Shown here piece by piece: positions 57,768-64,000 of a stretch of DNA of 64,000 nucleotides. The DNA is taken from positions 6,102 to 70,101 of the forward strand of contig JAGNZC010000007.1 in NCBI GenBank assembly GCA_017984635.1. Reading direction: 5' to 3'. Origin of the DNA: Crocinitomicaceae bacterium (lineage in GTDB: Bacteria > Bacteroidota > Bacteroidia > Flavobacteriales_D > Crocinitomicaceae). The stretch's first letter is position 1. Each line of letters opens with the position of its first letter. The notes under the pieces were generated by a model. That model saw nothing but the letters and a program-made list of their open reading frames with translations. It was not told the DNA's origin and ran no database searches. The position numbers and the translations under genes are program-made.

Positions 57768-59180
57768 TCAGTTTTTATACCATTTTACACCTTGACCTTT
57801 ATCTGTATTAATGATATAGAATCCTATGGATAGATTTTTACTGTTTAATTTACCCATTCCATTTTCTATGTTTGAATTCAGAATTTGTTTCCCCATCAAA
57901 TCATATAAAAAAACTTGTTTTCCCATGTTAGAATGTATAACTAATTCATCACCAAATTGTTGGAAAGTAAGCTCATCTAATTCAACAGATTCTGTTGCTA
58001 GGTTGTAATTTTCCCCTAAATTTATTTTTTGAATAAATGCTTGCATCACGTTGCATGAATCGTCATACAATGCATAATTCACTAAACCGCGCGTGATGTT
58101 GTCATATCCATCTAAAATTAAATCTTCGACAACAGTTGAATCACCGCTACAAAAACAATTTAAAGCAACAGAGAAATTTTGATTGGTACCGTTTTCGATA
58201 TTATAAAGTGTATTAAAACAAATTGAGTTATTGTTGATAAAAGTAGAATTAGGATTGGTTCCATTTACACGGACTCCGACACCATTTGTTTCAATTACAT
58301 TATCAATGACAGAAGTGTTTTGAGTAATTAGCACCGCTAAATCATTTCCTGTAAAATATGAATTTTTGACAACTCCATAAGACAACTCATTGATTGCTAT
58401 ATCATTATTTGTAAACGTGCAATTGTCTATGACTAAATCAGAACAACCGTATAAACCATTTCCATTATTTTCAAAGATACAATTCGTAAGATTTCCCGAC
58501 ACTCCATTGATTGTATTTGTGTTTCCATTAAAAATGCAATTCGTAACGTTCACTGGAGAATACACCCATGTAAAAGCACATAAGTTATCAGTGTAAATAC
58601 AATTTGAAGCAGTTAAACTTCCATAGACATATTGTGCTGCTTGACCAATTCCATTGCGCTGAAATGTACAATAGTTGTATACATTATTTGCGTTCAATTG
58701 TAACGCATAATTATTATCTTTAAAAAAACAATTATTAAAAGTATGTATAACTCCTACTTCTGCAACATCATTGTGCAAGCCATAAAATGAATTAGACAAT
58801 TCAAAGTGATCCATCGTAAAAGTTCCACCTTGTGAACCCAAAATTTTAATTCCTAACCAATTGTAAGACGATGGGCCTGATTGAGTGGAAACAAATTTAA
58901 TTGGTGCATTCAAATTTCCTTGAGCAACTAAATTTCCCCTCACCTCTAAATACAACATGTTTCCTGTATTGAACGTTGCGTCTGCAGTGACTCTAACTTC
59001 AACACCTGGTTCAATCGTTAAAGTTTTTCCTGGAAATACAACGACAGATCCTGTCAAAATATAAGGGCTATTGGCCAATGTCCAAGTTGTATTGTTATAA
59101 ATTCCCCCTTGAAAAGAGGTTTGTGCTGATGTGAAAAGTGTTACACCCAACAACAAGAAAGAAAAGATAATTTTATTCAT
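57768..59180 (-). CDS. right-handed parallel beta-helix repeat protein with T9SS type-A C-terminal sorting domain (470 aa)
   Basis: Signal peptide, then coils every ~22 aa with the NC.F..N pattern (NNCFFKDN, YNYCTFQRN, ASNCIYTDN, VTNCIFNGN, LTNCIFENN, IDNCTFTNN). The C-terminal ...VFLYDLMGKQI...LSIGFYIINT...VKWYKN is a Por-secretion-tail type. Confidence 0.8.
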   Translation of the reverse strand: MNKIIFSFLLLGVTLFTSAQTSFQGGIYNNTTWTLANSPYILTGSVVVFPGKTLTIEPGVEVRVTADATFNTGNMLYLEVRGNLVAQGNLNAPIKFVSTQSGPSSYNWLGIKILGSQGGTFTMDHFELSNSFYGLHNDVAEVGVIHTFNNCFFKDNNYALQLNANNVYNYCTFQRNGIGQAAQYVYGSLTASNCIYTDNLCAFTWVYSPVNVTNCIFNGNTNTINGVSGNLTNCIFENNGNGLYGCSDLVIDNCTFTNNDIAINELSYGVVKNSYFTGNDLAVLITQNTSVIDNVIETNGVGVRVNGTNPNSTFINNNSICFNTLYNIENGTNQNFSVALNCFCSGDSTVVEDLILDGYDNITRGLVNYALYDDSCNVMQAFIQKINLGENYNLATESVELDELTFQQFGDELVIHSNMGKQVFLYDLMGKQILNSNIENGMGKLNSKNLSIGFYIINTDKGQGVKWYKN

Positions 59181-59181
59181 A

Positions 59182-60594
59182 TTATTGTTTTTTTATTTGT
59201 TTAACAATCATTTGATTTATTACTAGATTATAAATCCCGTTTTCTATTTCAGGAAATTGTAAAACCTGATTAGATGTGTCCAAATTATCAAGTTCAAAAA
59301 TTAGACGCCCATCTAATGAAAATAGTTGGATTAAATATATTTTACCTACTGATTGGATCGTTATTTCTTGCTGAAAAGGATTAGGAAAAACGTTAAACAT
59401 AGACGCATTATTTAAATAATCGATTGATGCTGTTCCAGGAGCATTATACTTCAATACCGTTTTGGTGATATTTGTACACGTTACATCGTAAACATTGTAA
59501 TTAATTAATCCTTTTGAAATATCGTCATAACCATCTAATATAGATAATTCAATTTGCGATGAATCTAGTCCACAAAAACAATTCTCTAACAAAGAATAAT
59601 TCATATTCGTATTATTATTCACACTGTAATTGGTATTGTTACAGATTTCATTGTCATAGATTGACGGGCTTTCTTGAACGTTTATTACATTTGAAATAAG
59701 AACTCCACCAAGATTATTATTGATTTGATTATTATGAATTTCTGCTTTTACTGTCGCTTCAAGAGCCAACTCATTATTTATAAATTGATTGTTGTAAATT
59801 TCACAATCATAAGCAGCTTGTAAAGCAGTGGTATTATCACTAAATAAACAATTATATACTTGACCATTATTAGGATAATTAAGCGCTAATTCGTTGTTTA
59901 AAAATTCACAGTCATGAATTACAATTGAATCTACAGCGTTTGCTTGAAACGCAATTCCTATTTGGTTATCTATAAAGTTACAATTACTCATAGCAAATGC
60001 ACTTGCATATGCATAAATGGCAGTTGTATTATCTTTGAATAAGCAATTATTAAAAGTGAAATAGGTCCACCCATAAACTCCAACTTCATTATCAATGATT
60101 GCACAATTGTTTAAATTAACATTTGTCCCAGCTGTAATAGCCTGAATACAATGGCGAAACTTACAATTCGTATAATTCAATGAATTTGGAACACTTTCAT
60201 AACCAAAAGGATAATAAGCATTGGCGATATCAAAGTAATTTGAATTGATTACACCACCTTGTGAATTGGTACAAACAAACCCTTGCCAACCTACATTTGT
60301 TGTATCGTAAAGCGTTCTGATCTTGATGGGAAGCTGGCTCGATCCAATGCAATTAATTGTACCTCTAGCTTCAATGTAAATTGAATTGCTCGTTTGATTG
60401 TTTATTAATAGTTGAACACCTGGTTCAATCGTCAATGTATTTCCAGGGAACACCACAACTGAACCTGTGATTGTATATGGGCTATTGGCTAATGTCCAAG
60501 TAGTATTGTTATAAATTCCTCCTTGAACTGAAGTTTGAGCAAAACTTGTTGAAAGCAGCAATAAAAATAAAAGTGCTAGAATACTATTTTTCAT
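59182..60594 (-). CDS. right-handed parallel beta-helix repeat protein with T9SS type-A C-terminal sorting domain (470 aa), tandem paralog
   Basis: The signal peptide and N-terminus are nearly identical to the downstream paralog (QGGIYNNTTWTLANSPY.(I/L)TGSVVVFPG.TLTIEPGV). It has NC.F..N-type coils. The C-terminal reads FNVFPNPFQQEITIQ...LFSLDGRLI...NGIYNLVI. Confidence 0.8.
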   Translation of the reverse strand: MKNSILALLFLLLLSTSFAQTSVQGGIYNNTTWTLANSPYTITGSVVVFPGNTLTIEPGVQLLINNQTSNSIYIEARGTINCIGSSQLPIKIRTLYDTTNVGWQGFVCTNSQGGVINSNYFDIANAYYPFGYESVPNSLNYTNCKFRHCIQAITAGTNVNLNNCAIIDNEVGVYGWTYFTFNNCLFKDNTTAIYAYASAFAMSNCNFIDNQIGIAFQANAVDSIVIHDCEFLNNELALNYPNNGQVYNCLFSDNTTALQAAYDCEIYNNQFINNELALEATVKAEIHNNQINNNLGGVLISNVINVQESPSIYDNEICNNTNYSVNNNTNMNYSLLENCFCGLDSSQIELSILDGYDDISKGLINYNVYDVTCTNITKTVLKYNAPGTASIDYLNNASMFNVFPNPFQQEITIQSVGKIYLIQLFSLDGRLIFELDNLDTSNQVLQFPEIENGIYNLVINQMIVKQIKKQ

Positions 60595-60630
60595 AAATAC
60601 ATGTAAATTACAGAGTAATCTAATTCAAAA

Positions 60631-60638
60631 CAAACATA
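60631..60638 (-). promoter_or_regulatory. candidate -7 promoter box (TATGTTTG) for the beta-helix gene pair
   Basis: Reverse strand TATGTTTG, 36 nt upstream of the ATG at 60594. Confidence 0.35.
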
Positions 60639-60705
60639 AGCTACGATTGTTTAACTATTAACATTTTTTAAAAAATTAATACTGTTATAAACGCGAACTT
60701 CGCAT

Positions 60706-61740
60706 ATGAAAAAACAATTTGGCGGAAAAATAAAAGCAACAGACAAACTGGCTTACCAGTGTTCCAATCAATGGGATGGTGAAAAATTCAACAACTTGGA
60801 AGTTACTCCTATGGAAATTCCATTCAAAGCCTTGCCAAAATTAATTTATAATCAAATTGTTAAACCTAAAGGTTTATTACCACATAAAACTATTCAAGTT
60901 GAACCATTAAAGATTACTGATTTTCTTGCAGAACAAGATTCAATGAAATTTTGTTGGCTTGGTCATGCGGCCATTTTAGCACGTATCAACAATAAAACAA
61001 TTGTAATCGATCCGATGCTAGGAAAAAATGCTGCTCCAATTTCACCTTTCCCTATAAAACGCTATAATTCAATAGATCCAACTTACTTAGATGCACTTCC
61101 AACTATCGATTTGATGCTCTTATCGCATGATCATTATGATCATTTAGATTATCAAAGTATCCAGCATTTAAAGTCAAAAGTTGGGCATTATTTTGTTGCA
61201 CTTGGAGTTGCTCGGCATTTAATTGCTTGGGGAATTGATCCTTCAAAAATAACAGAATTTGATTGGTGGGAACAACACAATTTCGAAGGAATAAACATAA
61301 CATTTACTCCAACTCGTCACTTTTCAGGAAGAGGTATGAAAGACCGATTCAAAAGTTTGTGGGGGGGCTGGGCATTTCAAACACCAACTGAAAACAATTG
61401 GTTCAGTGGAGATGGTGGTTATGGAACTCATTTCAAAGAAATCGGTCAACGTTTAGGTCCGTTTGATTTTGCCTTTATGGAATGTGGACAATACAATGAA
61501 TTGTGGCGCCCCATACATTTATTTCCTGATGAGTGTATCCAAGCAGCTATCGATGCCAAAGCACAAAAAATTATGCCCTTTCACTGGGGAAGTTTTAATT
61601 TGTCTAACCACAGTTGGAATGCATCTGTAAAAGCTTTTGTGTATGAAGCTGAAGAAGCGAAAATTCCCTATTTAACCCCAAAAATTGGTAAGCTTTTTTG
61701 CCCAAGTGAAAAAGTGGAGAATGAAAATTGGTGGAAATGA
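60706..61740 (+). CDS. MBL-fold metallo-hydrolase (NAPE-PLD-like)
   Basis: 344 aa. HDHYDH (HxHxDH) zinc motif in a beta-lactamase-fold context. Confidence 0.85.
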   Translation: MKKQFGGKIKATDKLAYQCSNQWDGEKFNNLEVTPMEIPFKALPKLIYNQIVKPKGLLPHKTIQVEPLKITDFLAEQDSMKFCWLGHAAILARINNKTIVIDPMLGKNAAPISPFPIKRYNSIDPTYLDALPTIDLMLLSHDHYDHLDYQSIQHLKSKVGHYFVALGVARHLIAWGIDPSKITEFDWWEQHNFEGINITFTPTRHFSGRGMKDRFKSLWGGWAFQTPTENNWFSGDGGYGTHFKEIGQRLGPFDFAFMECGQYNELWRPIHLFPDECIQAAIDAKAQKIMPFHWGSFNLSNHSWNASVKAFVYEAEEAKIPYLTPKIGKLFCPSEKVENENWWK

Positions 61741-61839
61741 AAGAGAAAAATGTAGCGTAATTCAATTAGATCATTTTAACTTTTCTAGGATTATGCGAGC
61801 GCATGCTCCTGCCGCTTTTTGTCAATCCAAGCATAACAC

Positions 61840-61870
61840 CCGCTATTGCTGCCCAATAGCGGAATTTTTT
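61840..61870 (+). terminator. rho-independent terminator after the MBL-fold gene
   Basis: CCGCTATTG, loop CTGCC, CAATAGCGG, then AATTTTTT. The stem is a perfect 9 bp. Confidence 0.65.
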
Positions 61871-61914
61871 ACACTCCTTTGCTTACAAAAACGAGTTTTT
61901 GACACGCATGAGTA

Positions 61915-61946
61915 TAAAAAAACCCACTTCATTTCATGAAGCGGGT
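61915..61946 (-). terminator. rho-independent terminator after tRNA-Arg
   Basis: Reverse strand: ACCCGCTTCA, loop TGAAA, TGAAGTGGGT, then TTTTTTTAT. The stem is 10 bp with one G-U pair. Confidence 0.6.
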
Positions 61947-61954
61947 GTCTTTTG

Positions 61955-62028
61955 TGACTCCGATAGGATTCAAACCTATAACCGCTGGAGCCGAAATCCA
62001 GTGCGCTATTCAATTGCGCCACGGAGCC
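61955..62028 (-). tRNA. tRNA-Arg (anticodon UCG)
   Basis: The 74-nt reverse-strand sequence is GGCTCCG TG GCGC AATTGAATA GCGC A CTGGA TTTCGGC TCCAG CGGTT ATAGG TTTGAAT CCTAT CGGAGTC A. It folds as a cloverleaf with 7/4/5/5-bp stems, and anticodon loop positions 34-36 read TCG. Confidence 0.85.
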
Positions 62029-62064
62029 TTTTTTTTTGCGAATGGTGCAAATCCTTTTTACAAG

Positions 62065-62080
62065 ATTGCGCCACGTAGCC
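62065..62080 (-). pseudogene. decayed partial copy of the tRNA-Arg 5' end
   Basis: Reverse strand GGCTACGTGGCGCAAT matches the first 16 nt of the tRNA (GGCTCCGTGGCGCAAT) with one mismatch, 37 nt upstream of the intact tRNA. The following sequence does not fold as a tRNA. Confidence 0.35.
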
Positions 62081-62147
62081 TTTAATTTACAACAAAATTA
62101 ACGAAAATGAAAGGTTTTTACAAATTGTAGTTCAATTTTGTTGTGTA

Positions 62148-62162
62148 TTGATAGAATATCAA
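62148..62162. promoter_or_regulatory. perfect 15-bp palindrome TTGATAGAATATCAA abutting the -7 box of the PorZ-like gene
   Basis: TTGAT-N5-ATCAA ends 1 nt before the TAAATTTG box at 62164. This makes it a candidate operator. Confidence 0.25.
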
Positions 62163-62163
62163 A

Positions 62164-62171
62164 TAAATTTG
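62164..62171 (+). promoter_or_regulatory. candidate -7 promoter box (TAAATTTG) for the PorZ-like gene
   Basis: Matches TAnnTTTG, 30 nt upstream of the ATG at 62202. Confidence 0.35.
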
Positions 62172-62201
62172 ACAAACAATCGTTATACATTCAAAAAAAA
62201 T

Positions 62202-64000
62202 ATGCGTTTACTTCTCCTTCTTTCCTTAATTATTGGAACAAATAGCTTTGCACAACTTGGAATGGGTCAATGGAAAATGCATGTTCCAACCAGTAAAGCA
62301 ATCGATGTTTGTGCTGGAAACAATAAGATTTACACGGCGTTTGAAAAAGGTGTTTATGAATATGACATAGAAGCGAAAGAATACACTAGTTGGAATGTCG
62401 TAAATGGGCTTTCAGATATTGATGTTTCAAGTATCTATTTCAGCAAACAAAGACAAGCATTGTACATTGGTTATGAAAACGGGAATTTTGATGTATTAAA
62501 AGATAACCGTGTACTCAATATTCCAGCAATCAAAAACGCACAATATGCAGGCTTAAAAAGTATTCTTAAAATAACAGAAAACAATGGATTAATCTACCTT
62601 GCAACAAGTTTTTCTGTTGTTGTATATGATCCTGTAAAAGAAGAAATAAAAGATACGTGGTATCCAACGAATAAAAATTACCCATTAATTGATGTTGCAT
62701 TCCTGAACGATAGTGTTTATGCTTTATCCGCGACACGTTTATACAAAGCAAAAAAATCTAATCCATTGTTAGCAAATTACGCAGCTTGGACACTTGAAGA
62801 TCACCTTGACACTCTTAATGGAATAGATGCGTTTTACAAAGAAATTGAAACATTTAATAACCGCTTATTTTATACTTTTTCAAAATCAGTTTATGCGGAA
62901 GATTCCGTCTTTATGTTAACGAATAATGGTACAGTGCTGTTTTCTGATTTTCCCTTTTCATTAGAAATGAAATCCCTAAAAAGTGAATCTGATTTTCTAT
63001 TAGTAACCGTTTATGATGGTGTTTTCGTTTACAATAAAAATTTTCAGTTAGAATACAGTGTAAATCTTTATGAATTTGGTGGAAGTGTCACATCTAATGC
63101 TGCTTGTTTATTCAATAATTCCTTGTGGATAGCTGATAATGAACTTGGTTTAATTAGAGCAGATAATTACCAAGGAAAAGAAAGAATCAATTTTCAAGGA
63201 CCACCTAAACAATCCTTTTTTGCATTGGACCACAAAAACAATCAATTAGCAGTTGTGAGTGGAGGAATAAGTGGTGTAGTTCGAAATTACAATCGATCTG
63301 GATTGTATCTTTTTAAAGATGAAAATTGGTCTTCTCGTAATGAATACAATACCAATGAATGGAACACCAGTAATATATATGATTATTTAGCTGTATCAAT
63401 TCATCCTTCGGATAATTCAACGATAGCGGTTGGAACTTTTTCAGGCGTTCCGTTAACAATTTTAAAAGGAAATGGCGCACCTGCAGACACCTTTTCTTCC
63501 TTGAATTCACCAATAGAAACTGCATTCATTAATTTCAGTGATTGTTTTATTTCTTCTTTAGATTACGATTCAGATGGGAATTTATGGATGATGAATGGTT
63601 ATGCAGAGAAACCATTAAAAGTTTATACAAAAGATGGAATGTGGCAATCATTCGATTTAGGAGCTAGTGCAAAAAATCGCTATACCAAAAAGGTTGTCGT
63701 TGACTATTCAGGGAACAAATGGTGTAGTGTTGGAGGAGCTGGATTAATTGGATACAAAGATAACGGAACAATTCTTGACACAAGCGATGATAAAAAAGTA
63801 TTCTTAGATGATGGTCCGAATTCAGGAAATCTTCCTTCAACGAATGTCAATGCTATAGCGGTTGATTTTGATAATGAAATTTGGATCGGTACAGAACAAG
63901 GTTTTGGCATATTATACAACCCAGACAATAGTTTCGATGCTGCTCCGGGTGATTACAATATCCAACAAAGTAAAATTGTTATTAATGGTATTGTTAACTA
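62202..64000 (+). CDS. two-component-regulator-propeller (PorZ-like) secreted protein, 5' part (runs off the right edge)
   Basis: Not in the ORF track because there is no stop in the window. Translation: MRLLLLLSLIIGTNSFAQLGMGQWKMHVPTSKAIDVCAGNNKIYTAFEKGVYEYDIEAKEYTSWNVVNGLSDIDVSSIYFSKQRQALYIGYENGNFDVLKDNRVLNIPAIKN... It has a signal peptide and repeated beta-propeller blades (..GLSD..V..I.., ..NLWMMNGY.., ..NKWCSVGGAGLIGY.., ..EIWIGTEQGFGILY..), as in PorZ-type T9SS proteins. Confidence 0.55.
   Translation, partial: MRLLLLLSLIIGTNSFAQLGMGQWKMHVPTSKAIDVCAGNNKIYTAFEKGVYEYDIEAKEYTSWNVVNGLSDIDVSSIYFSKQRQALYIGYENGNFDVLKDNRVLNIPAIKNAQYAGLKSILKITENNGLIYLATSFSVVVYDPVKEEIKDTWYPTNKNYPLIDVAFLNDSVYALSATRLYKAKKSNPLLANYAAWTLEDHLDTLNGIDAFYKEIETFNNRLFYTFSKSVYAEDSVFMLTNNGTVLFSDFPFSLEMKSLKSESDFLLVTVYDGVFVYNKNFQLEYSVNLYEFGGSVTSNAACLFNNSLWIADNELGLIRADNYQGKERINFQGPPKQSFFALDHKNNQLAVVSGGISGVVRNYNRSGLYLFKDENWSSRNEYNTNEWNTSNIYDYLAVSIHPSDNSTIAVGTFSGVPLTILKGNGAPADTFSSLNSPIETAFINFSDCFISSLDYDSDGNLWMMNGYAEKPLKVYTKDGMWQSFDLGASAKNRYTKKVVVDYSGNKWCSVGGAGLIGYKDNGTILDTSDDKKVFLDDGPNSGNLPSTNVNAIAVDFDNEIWIGTEQGFGILYNPDNSFDAAPGDYNIQQSKIVINGIVN

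Noticed and set aside
61361-61367. G7 homopolymer inside the MBL-fold hydrolase gene as a possible phase-variation tract
   Set aside because: It encodes the conserved-looking LWGGWA segment. Seven nt is short for slipped-strand switching, and the gene is not a surface antigen.
61685-61939. 84-aa plus-strand ORF overlapping the end of the MBL-fold gene
   Set aside because: It starts at a TTG inside the MBL gene. It then runs through two terminator hairpins and the intergenic region, which makes it implausible as a gene.
61955-62201. tRNA-associated genomic island or integrated element
   Set aside because: No integrase, transposase or phage genes are present in the window. The only repeat is a 16-nt copy of the tRNA 5' end immediately upstream, not a 3'-end att-type duplication delimiting an island.

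Overview
This is a low-GC chromosomal window that looks like Bacteroidota, probably Flavobacteriia. That placement rests on T9SS sorting domains, an alternative-complex-III respiratory operon and recurrent TAnnTTTG -7 promoter boxes. The species cannot be named from sequence alone.

1-29.4 kb is mostly housekeeping:
- a truncated XRE regulator, cvpA, rseP, queG and ruvB
- an 11.8-kb actABCDEF-ctaC-ctaD operon (ACIII plus aa3-type oxidase)
- a SPOR protein, a flavoprotein, rnpA and an S41 protease
- an O-antigen-ligase-like protein, a CPA-type antiporter and mgtE
- a 2-hydroxyacid dehydrogenase, a methyltransferase and RidA

29.5-64 kb is surface and accessory:
- three secreted proteins of unknown function
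- a 13.9-kb gene for a 4640-aa T9SS type-B cargo protein with a hierarchical repeat structure: 31 Cys-pair Ig/PKD-like modules, four ~1.42-kb five-module cassettes and nine PKD units
- two GH29 alpha-L-fucosidases
- an OmpA/PD40 protein and a PorP/SprF protein
- a 1055-aa paralogous type-B cargo protein with the same N-terminal head
- an orphan phnA
- two tandem 470-aa beta-helix T9SS type-A cargo paralogs
- an MBL-fold hydrolase
- tRNA-Arg(UCG) with a decayed partial copy
- the 5' part of a PorZ-like propeller protein

I saw no CRISPR array, rRNA, transposase, integrase or recognisable defence gene. The best candidates for something undescribed are the co-directional 23-kb block (adhesin, PorP, OmpA, two GH29, giant adhesin) and the mosaic, gene-conversion-like repeat structure of the giant gene. 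All family calls are motif recognition by eye, since no database search was possible. Sub-gene coordinates come from hand counting and may be off by a few nt.
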